DNA from: Ruminococcaceae bacterium UBA3220
GTDB lineage: Bacteria > Bacillota > Clostridia > Oscillospirales > Acutalibacteraceae
Assembly: GCA_002363095.1 (NCBI GenBank)
Contig: DEWC01000111.1
Coordinates: 5,165-69,164, forward strand
Length of the DNA: 64,000 nt
Reading direction: 5' to 3'
Part shown: one piece after another, positions 10,899 through 18,703 of the stretch
How the letters are laid out: the number at the start of each line of letters is the position of its first letter
Position numbering within the stretch: the stretch's first letter is position 1
The notes under the pieces: model-generated
Database searches by the model: none
What the model was told of the DNA's origin: nothing
Seen by the model: only the letters and a program-made list of their open reading frames with translations
Program-made: the position numbers and the translations under genes

Positions 10899-12248
10899 AT
10901 GATGGGCAAAATCGTTGACGGAGTTTATTATAATTCCGACGGTAATCCGGCACACAGAGGCATAATAGAATTGGATGGAAAGTTATATTACGCCGGGGAA
11001 AATGGCAATATTATAAAGGATGAGACCAAGGTAGTTCATTCGGTGATGACAAACGGCTTAATTAAGCACGGAACATATTATTTTGACCCCACGGGCGTCA
11101 TCGACCTTTCAACCTATAAAAAGCCGAAAAAAAGGAAAAGCAAAAAGTTCAAAGTTTTGGGAAGCGTTTTTATCGCCGTGTTGGTTATTATTGCGGTATT
11201 TGCTTTGTTTTCAATTCTGGGGCGTTTTATTAAAACAAATTTTCAAAGTTCCGAAGGCTCCGAAATCGCGATATCCGTTCCCGAATTTAAAGAGGAAGTT
11301 TATCTTTGTTCGCCCCAAATGAAGCAGTATTATGAGGGAGACTGTTCTTTTGCCGATGTTTTGAAGCTGGGGCATAATCCGTATCGACCGCTCGTTTTTA
11401 AATACGAGCTAAGCGGTGCCGAGTCTGCCGTTTTGTTGCTCGGGGAGGAAAACGATTTTTCCGACGCCGTCGAATATGCGCTTAATGTGCCGAAAAAGGA
11501 ATTGTCTATCAACAATCTGAAAACCGGCACCGTGTATTACTACAAGATTACGGCAACCGATAAAGCAGGTAAAAGCAAGGAGGTTACCGGTTCTTTTAAG
11601 ACTGCCGATACAAACAGGTTTATCTATTTGCCGGGTCTCTACAATACGCGCGATATCGGCGGTTACAAAACCGTTGATAATAAAAGGGTCAGGCAGGGAA
11701 TGTTAATTCGGGGAACCGAAGCGGACGGGCTTGTTGAAAACACCTATTATCTTTCAGACCCGAAGGATGCCGAACGGTTTGGCTTTGTTTGCGATTTCGA
11801 CCTGCGCAACAGTAGTATATTCAATGCCGGTTATAAAAGCCGGTTTGGCTCAAATGTCGTGCATAAGTTTTATAATTCACCGCAATACGGCGGCATTTTT
11901 GCGAAAGGGCAAGAGGAGACTTTAAGACAAATATTTTCTGATTTAGCCGACCGCCGTAACTATCCTATGTATCTTCACTGCACCTACGGAGCAGACAGGA
12001 CCGGGACGGTTGTATTCCTTTTGCAGGGACTTCTCGGCGTTTCGGAAGAGGATATGTTGAATGAATATAAAATGACGGGTTTCTGGGCGTCCGGCTTTGC
12101 CGACGGAGCAAAAATCAACCCGGTTATTTCCGGACTTGAGGGCGTTGACGGCAAAACCATCAACGAAAAAATCCATAATTATATGGTAGGTACCGTAGGA
12201 ATAACCGAACAACAGGTAGCTCAGATTCGCGCGGTATTTTTGGAATAG
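10899..12248 (+). CDS. Membrane-anchored protein-tyrosine-phosphatase-like protein (CX5R, Y_phosphatase3-like)
   Basis: ATG 10899 just after GGAGG; N-terminal GxxYY repeats; KKPKKRKSKKFK plus one TM helix; HCTYGADRTG active-site loop near 11975-12004. Confidence 0.75.
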   Translation: MMGKIVDGVYYNSDGNPAHRGIIELDGKLYYAGENGNIIKDETKVVHSVMTNGLIKHGTYYFDPTGVIDLSTYKKPKKRKSKKFKVLGSVFIAVLVIIAVFALFSILGRFIKTNFQSSEGSEIAISVPEFKEEVYLCSPQMKQYYEGDCSFADVLKLGHNPYRPLVFKYELSGAESAVLLLGEENDFSDAVEYALNVPKKELSINNLKTGTVYYYKITATDKAGKSKEVTGSFKTADTNRFIYLPGLYNTRDIGGYKTVDNKRVRQGMLIRGTEADGLVENTYYLSDPKDAERFGFVCDFDLRNSSIFNAGYKSRFGSNVVHKFYNSPQYGGIFAKGQEETLRQIFSDLADRRNYPMYLHCTYGADRTGTVVFLLQGLLGVSEEDMLNEYKMTGFWASGFADGAKINPVISGLEGVDGKTINEKIHNYMVGTVGITEQQVAQIRAVFLE

Positions 12249-12286
12249 TTTCAAATACCTTAAAACAGAAATATTTGAGGGATAAT

Positions 12287-13351
12287 ATGTGTAATATTTC
12301 ATCTTTTGAATTCGGTAAAACCAAGGACGGCAGAACGGTAACAGCTTATGAGTTGGACAACGGCAACGGTATGACGGTAAGAATTCTTGACTATGCTTGC
12401 GTAGTGCAAAGTATAACAGTACCCGATAAAAACGGCGTACCTACCGATGTTTCTCTCGGATACGATGATGTTTTATCCTACGAAAACGGAACAAACTATT
12501 ACGGAACGGTAGTCGGAAGGTGTGCCAACCGAATAGGGGACGCCCGTTTTGTTCTTGACGGAAAAGAGTATATACTTGAAAAAACAAGCGAAAATAAAAT
12601 GCATCACCTTCACGGCGTTTTTACTAAGCGTTCGTTTAAGGGAAGCATTGAAGACGGGGACCTCGTTTTCAGGTATTTAAGCCCCGATAATGAGGAAGGT
12701 TTCCCCGGCAATGTTGATGTTGAGGTAAGGTATACCCTCGGCGACGATAACTCGCTTAAAATATCCTATAAGGCAGTGACCGACGCTCCTACCATTGTCA
12801 ATCTTACAAACCACAGTTATTTCAATTTAAACGGTAACGACGGCTCGACAATATTCGACCATAAGGTGAAACTAAACAGCAGTTACTATACCGAATATAC
12901 CGAAACATTCGCGCAAACGGGCAGGATTATACCGGTTGATAACACGCCTCTTGATTTCAGAACAGAGCATACCATAGGAGAGCGTTTTAACGACGATTAC
13001 TATCAGTTGAGAATTTGCACGGGATATGACCACAATATGGTGATTGACGGCGAACCGGGAAAACTCAGACCGATAGGCACCGTAAAGAGCGAAAAAACCG
13101 GCATAAAACTTGAAGCGTTTACCACCGAGCCGGCTATTCAGTTTTATTCGGGCAACTATATGCATTTTGACCCCGTGAAAAACGGCAAAAACGGGGTTCA
13201 TTACCCGAAAAACGGAGGATTTTGCTTCGAGGCTCAGCATTATCCTGATGCCACGAGCCATCCGAATTTTCCGAGCGTCGTATTAAGACCCGGTGAGATA
13301 TATAGGCAAACGACCGTTTATCGCTTAGGGCTTATTAAAGACTGCGAATAA
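12287..13351 (+). CDS. galM: Aldose 1-epimerase (mutarotase)
   Basis: ATG 12287 after GAGGGA; GNRIG-like CANRIGDARF, HHLHG, NLTNHSYFNL, and EAQHYPD motifs. Confidence 0.85.
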   Translation: MCNISSFEFGKTKDGRTVTAYELDNGNGMTVRILDYACVVQSITVPDKNGVPTDVSLGYDDVLSYENGTNYYGTVVGRCANRIGDARFVLDGKEYILEKTSENKMHHLHGVFTKRSFKGSIEDGDLVFRYLSPDNEEGFPGNVDVEVRYTLGDDNSLKISYKAVTDAPTIVNLTNHSYFNLNGNDGSTIFDHKVKLNSSYYTEYTETFAQTGRIIPVDNTPLDFRTEHTIGERFNDDYYQLRICTGYDHNMVIDGEPGKLRPIGTVKSEKTGIKLEAFTTEPAIQFYSGNYMHFDPVKNGKNGVHYPKNGGFCFEAQHYPDATSHPNFPSVVLRPGEIYRQTTVYRLGLIKDCE

Positions 13352-13427
13352 TACGCATCAGGTTGTAGGTTTTCGTATTTCGCAGTTTTCGGTATTAACA
13401 ATATAAAAACAATCAGAAGGTGGATTT

Positions 13428-14069
13428 ATGTTAGAAAATCTTAAAAAGTTAAATGATATTGAAGTTTTCAGCGTTTTTGACGGCGAATTTAACCCCTACG
13501 GCAGAATTGTAGACCTTGACACAAACGAGATAATTAAGGCGGCAGAGCAGTTTGATATGCCCGGCAATGTTGTTTATATGCCTTCAACTCCCGAATTTGA
13601 GGCGCTGCCGATAGCGAAAACCATAGAAACAGAATTGTTCGGAACTCTTCCCGCTCAAATCGGGTATTGTTACGGACACAGCACAAAGCTTAACGCCACC
13701 GAATGGCACGCCTCGGGCGAGGTGAATATTGCGGCAACCGATTTGGTTATTATCATAGGTCTTCGCAGTGATGTTAAAAACGATAAGATTGATTCTTCAA
13801 AATTCAAAGCCTTTTTCGTGCCCAAGGGAACGGCGATAGAGGTTTATGCCACAACACTTCATTATTCGCCCTGTCAGGTAAGCAACGACGGTTTTCGTTG
13901 GGTTGTAGCCCTTCCGAAGGGGACAAATACCGAACTTGAAAGACCGGTTTGTGACAAGAAACTTATCGCAAAGAGCAAATGGGTTTTAGCCCATATTGAC
14001 AACGAGGAAGAAATCAGTAAGGGCACCGTAGCGGGAATTACCGGTGTAAATTACGAAATAAAATATTGA
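13428..14069 (+). CDS. Conserved hypothetical protein, DUF4867-like by recollection
   Basis: 213 aa soluble protein with good RBS (GAAGGTGG). The family assignment comes from memory of N-terminal sequence style only. Confidence 0.4.
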   Translation: MLENLKKLNDIEVFSVFDGEFNPYGRIVDLDTNEIIKAAEQFDMPGNVVYMPSTPEFEALPIAKTIETELFGTLPAQIGYCYGHSTKLNATEWHASGEVNIAATDLVIIIGLRSDVKNDKIDSSKFKAFFVPKGTAIEVYATTLHYSPCQVSNDGFRWVVALPKGTNTELERPVCDKKLIAKSKWVLAHIDNEEEISKGTVAGITGVNYEIKY

Positions 14070-14122
14070 TAAAATCCAAAATCCCAAATGCTTTTGCGTT
14101 AGGGATTTTTGTTTCGATTTTC

Positions 14123-14151
14123 TTGTTTGTTTACAGGTTTTATGGTATAAT
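14123..14151 (+). promoter_or_regulatory. Extended -10 promoter upstream of luxS
   Basis: TGGTATAAT at 14143-14151 with weak -35 TTGTTT at 14123-14128; preceded by terminator-like hairpin AATCCCAAATGCTTTTGCGTTAGGGATTTTT. Confidence 0.45.
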
Positions 14152-14183
14152 CATTTTGTTTAAAAACGGGAGGATAAGGAAAA

Positions 14184-14708
14184 ATGGAATTGATTGCAAG
14201 TTTTTCGGTTGACCATACAAAAATCGTGCCCGGTATTTTCACAAGCCGGGTCGATGAATTGGGGAAATTTAAAGTTACAACCTATGACATAAGGCTTAAA
14301 AAACCTAACCGTGAGCCGGTTGTTGATGTTTCGGCTATGCATTCGCTTGAACACCTTATAGCCACATTTCTCCGAAACGACCCCGAAATAAAGGATGATG
14401 TTATTTACTGGGGACCGATGGGATGTCTTACCGGTTTTTATCTTATTCTGAAAGGTAACCGCGCCCCGAGGGATATTTATGGGCTTGTTTTGAGGGCTTT
14501 TAAATCTGTAATCACCTCTGAAACGGTTCCCGGAACCTCCCCCGAAAACTGCGGCAACTATCTTCTGCATAATCTTATAATGGCAAAGTATTACGCCGAA
14601 GAGTTTATTTCATATCTTGAAGCCAACGCCGGGAATGAAGATATATTTGAGTATCCGAAAACCGAAAGGCCGAAAACCGACAAGGGCGTGCAATTCTACG
14701 ATTCGTAG
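14184..14708 (+). CDS. luxS: S-ribosylhomocysteine lyase LuxS
   Basis: HSLEHL metal motif, GPMGCLTGFY, and CGNY motifs match LuxS. Confidence 0.88.
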   Translation: MELIASFSVDHTKIVPGIFTSRVDELGKFKVTTYDIRLKKPNREPVVDVSAMHSLEHLIATFLRNDPEIKDDVIYWGPMGCLTGFYLILKGNRAPRDIYGLVLRAFKSVITSETVPGTSPENCGNYLLHNLIMAKYYAEEFISYLEANAGNEDIFEYPKTERPKTDKGVQFYDS

Positions 14709-14732
14709 CCGTTATTGCCGATTTGTGTTGTA

Positions 14733-14761
14733 TTGACTTTATACCGGGTTGTCTGTATAAT
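14733..14761 (+). promoter_or_regulatory. Sigma-A type promoter (TTGACT-17-TATAAT)
   Basis: TTGACT 14733-14738, TATAAT 14756-14761, 17-nt spacer. Confidence 0.6.
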
Positions 14762-14794
14762 TAAATTACCTACTATAACAAAAGGAGAATGCTT

Positions 14795-15436
14795 ATGCCT
14801 TCGATAGAATCCTATAAAATCCCCTCAAAGCGGGACAATCTTTATTTGCGCGTTGCAAGGGGACACTTTGCGACAAGCCACTCTCATACAAACTATTTTA
14901 TTGATGTTACGACTCAAAAATCCCGTCTGTCGGAAGCAAAGGCGGTAGCAAGCGAACTTGTTTCATACTATAATTCGAGTACCGTTGTCGATACCGTACT
15001 TTGTCTTGACGGTACGCAGGTCATCGGCACCTGCCTTGCCGAGGCGCTTACCGAAGGCTCTTTTATAAATCTTAACGCCCATAAAACCATTTATATCGTT
15101 ACCCCGGAGCACACCTCCGGCAGTCAACTTCTCTTCCGCGACAGCAATGTTCCGATGATTGAAAACAAGCATGTTTTGGTGCTCGCCGCCTCTGTTACAA
15201 CCGGCTATACCGCGAGGTCTGCCATTGAGGCAATAAATTATTACGGCGGAAATGTTGCGGGCGTTGCCGCTATATTCGCAACCGCCAATGAATGTATGGG
15301 ATACGATGTAAAATCGGTTTTTGACGGAAAAGATATTCCCGATTACGCAAGCTACGGCTCGCACGAATGCCCGATGTGCAAAGCGGGAAAACCGGTTGAC
15401 GCGCTTGTTAACAGTTACGGATTTTCGAAGTTATAA
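14795..15436 (+). CDS. Phosphoribosyltransferase-domain protein with atypical PRPP loop
   Basis: ORF 14789-15436; second ATG (14795) has better spacing to AAGGAG; PRTase-like loop HVLVLAASVTTGYTA; C-terminal CPMC. Confidence 0.6.
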   Translation: MPSIESYKIPSKRDNLYLRVARGHFATSHSHTNYFIDVTTQKSRLSEAKAVASELVSYYNSSTVVDTVLCLDGTQVIGTCLAEALTEGSFINLNAHKTIYIVTPEHTSGSQLLFRDSNVPMIENKHVLVLAASVTTGYTARSAIEAINYYGGNVAGVAAIFATANECMGYDVKSVFDGKDIPDYASYGSHECPMCKAGKPVDALVNSYGFSKL

Positions 15437-15469
15437 ACTGAATTTTTTATAAGTTAAAGAGATATTATT

Positions 15470-16111
15470 ATGAAAACAATACTGTTTCAGGGCGATTCCA
15501 TAACTGATGCCGGCAGGGACCGGAATGGCGATACCATCGCGGGTTACGGTTACGCGACACTTGTCAAGGCGCGTCTCGGTTTTGAAAATCCGGGCGAATA
15601 CACCTTTTATAACCGCGGAGTAAGCGGAGACCGTGTTATCGATATGTATGCGAGGATAGTTAAGGATGTTTTGAACCTTAAACCCGATTATATGAGCATT
15701 TTGATAGGCGTTAATGATGTTTGGCACGGCATCGACTGGGCTAACGGGACCGGCATAGAGCGTTACCAAAAGGTATACGATATGTTCTTATCTGAGGTCA
15801 AAGCCGAGTTAAAGGATATAAAGATAATTATTTTGGAGCCGTTTGTTTTATGCGGCTCATCCACAAAGAACACCGAGGAGCAACCCGACCGGTTTGAAAG
15901 GTTTAAGACCGAAGTTGCCGAAATGGCAAAGGTGGCACGCAAAATTGCCGAAAAGCATAACCTTCCCTTTGTTTCTTTGCAGGACAAATTTGATGATGCC
16001 TGCAAATCTGCACAGCCTGACTACTGGCTTGCGGACGGCGTTCATCCCACCCCCGCCGGACACGAGCTTATCGCCCGCGAATGGATAAAGGCGTTTGAGA
16101 AAATCAAATAA
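15470..16111 (+). CDS. SGNH/GDSL family hydrolase
   Basis: Block I ILFQGDSITD, block III GVNDV, block V DGVHPT. Confidence 0.85.
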   Translation: MKTILFQGDSITDAGRDRNGDTIAGYGYATLVKARLGFENPGEYTFYNRGVSGDRVIDMYARIVKDVLNLKPDYMSILIGVNDVWHGIDWANGTGIERYQKVYDMFLSEVKAELKDIKIIILEPFVLCGSSTKNTEEQPDRFERFKTEVAEMAKVARKIAEKHNLPFVSLQDKFDDACKSAQPDYWLADGVHPTPAGHELIAREWIKAFEKIK

Positions 16112-16219
16112 CAAAATTAAAAGCAACGGAACAATTAGATTTCTGTTGCTTTTTTTATATCCAATTGGTATAATAAGTATGAAATGTATAACTAATATGA
16201 TTTTAGGAGGGCGATAAAT

Positions 16220-16426
16220 ATGCCAAAGGACAAGTTTATAGGGATAAGCAAGGTAGGGGAAAAAGGTCAGATAGTTATACCGAAAGAGGCGCGGGATATG
16301 TTCGGGATACGCCCCGGCGATTCGATTATCGTTCTATGCGATAAAAAACGCGGTATCGCGCTTATAAAGGCGGACGCCATAGAAGATTTAACCGAAAAGG
16401 TGTTTCCGAAAGGGGATGACCGCTGA
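16220..16426 (+). CDS. AbrB/MazE/SpoVT-family DNA-binding protein
   Basis: 68 aa; GQIVIPKEARDMFGIRPGD swapped-hairpin signature; stop overlaps next start (TGATG). Confidence 0.75.
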   Translation: MPKDKFIGISKVGEKGQIVIPKEARDMFGIRPGDSIIVLCDKKRGIALIKADAIEDLTEKVFPKGDDR

Positions 16427-17151
16427 TGCTTGCTATTGAAGCCTCCAATCTGACAAAAAAATTTAAACAAAAAACGGCGGTGAACGGCATTGACCTGTCG
16501 ATTGAAAAGGGTGAACTCTTTGCTTTGCTCGGAACAAACGGCGCTGGAAAAACGACCACGATAAAAATGCTTTCAACCCTTATTGTTCCAACCGCCGGTC
16601 AAATAAAGATAAACGGAATGGATATAATAAGCGAGAGGCAAAGAATAAGGCAAATACTGAATGTTTCTCCGCAGGAAACGGCGGTTGCCCCTAATCTGAG
16701 CGTTAAGGAAAATCTTGAATTTATGGCGGGGGTCTACGGCATTGCCGATAAAAAGAAAAAAATCGAGGAACTTATAAACCTTTTCGGGCTTAACGAGGTT
16801 TTGTCTCAAAAAGCCAAGACCCTTTCGGGCGGCTGGCAGAGAAAAGTATCTATCGCGATAGCCCTGATAAACGACCCTGAGATACTGTTTTTGGATGAGC
16901 CGACTTTGGGGCTTGATGTTATCGCACGAAAGGAACTTTGGAAGATAATCGAAGGCTTAAAGGGCAAAATAACCGTAATTTTAACCACCCATTATATGGA
17001 GGAGGCTGAAAGGCTTTCGGACAGGATAGGTATTATGGCGAACGGAGATTTGATTGCGACCGGTTCCGCCGATCAACTTAAAGCAAAGGCAGGCACCGAT
17101 AACTTTGAGGATGCTTTTGTAAAAATCGCGACGGGAGGGGAAACGGAATGA
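16426..17151 (+). CDS. ABC transporter ATP-binding protein
   Basis: Walker A GTNGAGKTT, signature LSGGWQRK, Walker B ILFLDEP. Confidence 0.92.
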   Translation: MLAIEASNLTKKFKQKTAVNGIDLSIEKGELFALLGTNGAGKTTTIKMLSTLIVPTAGQIKINGMDIISERQRIRQILNVSPQETAVAPNLSVKENLEFMAGVYGIADKKKKIEELINLFGLNEVLSQKAKTLSGGWQRKVSIAIALINDPEILFLDEPTLGLDVIARKELWKIIEGLKGKITVILTTHYMEEAERLSDRIGIMANGDLIATGSADQLKAKAGTDNFEDAFVKIATGGETE

Positions 17152-17879
17152 GAACGCTTAATTTTGCAAAAAGGAATTTTAAAGAGATAATAAGAGACCC
17201 GTTAAGCATCATTTTTTCAGTGGTTTTACCGCTTTTCCTGCTTTGGATTTTTCAGCAGTTTAAGATACCGAGCGAAAACTATAAACTCCAAAACTTTACG
17301 CCGGGTATCATCGTTTTCGGCTTTTCATTTATCACGCTTTTCACCGCAACACTTGTAAGTAAGGACCGTACAACCTCGCTTCTTGTAAGGCTCGGAATAA
17401 GCCCTATGACGCCGATTGAGTATATCGGCGGATATATGCTGTCGATAATACCGATGCTGATAATTCAGATTATTCTGTTTTTTATTCTTGCCGTAGTTTT
17501 GGGACTTAAGTTTACGGTATACACCGTTTTAGCGGTGCCGGTTTCAATAATGGTTTCGGTTTTGTTTATTGCGCTCGGAATAATCATAGGCAGTTTTGCT
17601 TCCGAAAAAGCGTCATCGGGAATGGCAAGCGTTATCGTCCAACTCGTTTGCTTTACAAGCGGAATGTATTTTCCGAAAGAAGCGGTAGGCAAAGGTTTTG
17701 CAAAGATTTGCGAATACCTGCCGTTTGAACCGTCGCTTAATATCATTAAAGGGGTAATGAATAACAAACAGGAGATAATCACCGCGCGAAATATAGCCGT
17801 TTTTCTTGTCTATACTCTTTTGGCTATGGCGGTGGCGGCTGTCATCTTTAAAAGAAAAATGCTAAGCGATAATAAATAG
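17148..17879 (+). CDS. ABC-2 type transporter permease
   Basis: 243 aa, about six hydrophobic segments; 4-nt overlap with the ATPase gene. Confidence 0.8.
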   Translation: MRTLNFAKRNFKEIIRDPLSIIFSVVLPLFLLWIFQQFKIPSENYKLQNFTPGIIVFGFSFITLFTATLVSKDRTTSLLVRLGISPMTPIEYIGGYMLSIIPMLIIQIILFFILAVVLGLKFTVYTVLAVPVSIMVSVLFIALGIIIGSFASEKASSGMASVIVQLVCFTSGMYFPKEAVGKGFAKICEYLPFEPSLNIIKGVMNNKQEIITARNIAVFLVYTLLAMAVAAVIFKRKMLSDNK

Positions 17880-17925
17880 TCGTTAAAAAAACATTCGGTA
17901 AAAACCCGCATATTTATATACAAAA

Positions 17926-17956
17926 CCGCCCTATGACTAAATCTGTCATAGGGCGG
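17926..17956. repeat. 31-bp hairpin repeat, copy 1 (also intrinsic terminator of the ABC operon)
   Basis: CCGCCCTATGAC-TAAATCT-GTCATAGGGCGG, 12-bp stem, followed by T7; identical to 18652-18682. Confidence 0.9.
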
Positions 17957-17964
17957 TTTTTTTC

Positions 17965-17993
17965 TTGATTTAAGGCGCAAAAAATGGTATAAT
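17965..17993 (+). promoter_or_regulatory. Sigma-A type promoter of fic (TTGATT-17-TATAAT, TG-extended)
   Basis: TTGATT 17965-17970; TGGTATAAT ending at 17993. Confidence 0.55.
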
Positions 17994-18026
17994 ATTAATA
18001 TAGAACAAATTGTAAGAAGGTGTGAA

Positions 18027-18632
18027 ATGGCTCTTTCAAACAAACTCGGAATAACCGACAGCGCGCAACTTGCCCTTATGGAAGAAAAGATAAGCAAGAA
18101 AAAGGCGGCAGAGCTTTTTGAAAACGGTCTGCTCGATGGGTTAAAGCCGGGAACATTTTCATCCCTTTCGTTTATCCATAAATATCTTTTTGAGGATATA
18201 TACGATTTTGCGGGTGAGATAAGAACCGTAAATATAGCAAAGGGCAATTTCAGATTTGCACCTGTTATGTACCTTGAATCGGCGCTTGAAAATATCGAAA
18301 AAATGCCACAGTCCACCTTCGAACAAATTGTCGAAAAATATGTCGAAATGAACATCGCTCATCCTTTCAGGGAGGGCAACGGTAGAAGCACCCGGATATG
18401 GCTTGATCTTATCTTCAAGGCGGAGCTTCAAAGGGTGGTTGACTGGAGCAAAATCGACAAAGAGGATTACCTGCTCGCCATGGAGCGAAGCCCGATAAGG
18501 GACACCGAGATAAAACATATCCTTAAAGAGGCTTTGACCGATAAAAAAAACAGCCGTGAAGTATATATGAAGGGGATAGATAACAGTTATTTCTACGAGG
18601 GCTATAACACCTTTAAGGCTGAGGAATTATAA
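18027..18632 (+). CDS. fic: Fic-domain protein, class III architecture (C-terminal inhibitory motif)
   Basis: HPFREGNGRSTR (Fic motif HxFx[DE]GNGRxxR) at 18360-18395; C-terminal SYFYEG fits [ST]xxxE[GN]. Confidence 0.88.
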   Translation: MALSNKLGITDSAQLALMEEKISKKKAAELFENGLLDGLKPGTFSSLSFIHKYLFEDIYDFAGEIRTVNIAKGNFRFAPVMYLESALENIEKMPQSTFEQIVEKYVEMNIAHPFREGNGRSTRIWLDLIFKAELQRVVDWSKIDKEDYLLAMERSPIRDTEIKHILKEALTDKKNSREVYMKGIDNSYFYEGYNTFKAEEL

Positions 18633-18651
18633 TATCGAATATAAGATAAAC

Positions 18652-18682
18652 CCGCCCTATGACTAAATCTGTCATAGGGCGG
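18652..18682. repeat. 31-bp hairpin repeat, copy 2
   Basis: Identical 31 nt to 17926-17956; lies between the fic stop (18632) and the alpha-galactosidase stop (18704). Confidence 0.9.
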
Positions 18683-18703
18683 AATAATTTTGCCTTGTTT
18701 TGC

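Noticed and set aside
16220-16426. AbrB/MazE-like gene as the antitoxin of a toxin-antitoxin pair
   Set aside because: The downstream partner is an ordinary ABC ATPase/ABC-2 permease pair, not a toxin fold. It is more likely a small regulator of the exporter.
17926-18682. Integron-type cassette (attC sites) around fic
   Set aside because: The hairpins are perfect palindromic stems, without the bulged R''-L''/L'-R' layout or the GTTRRRY core. No intI gene or cassette array is nearby.
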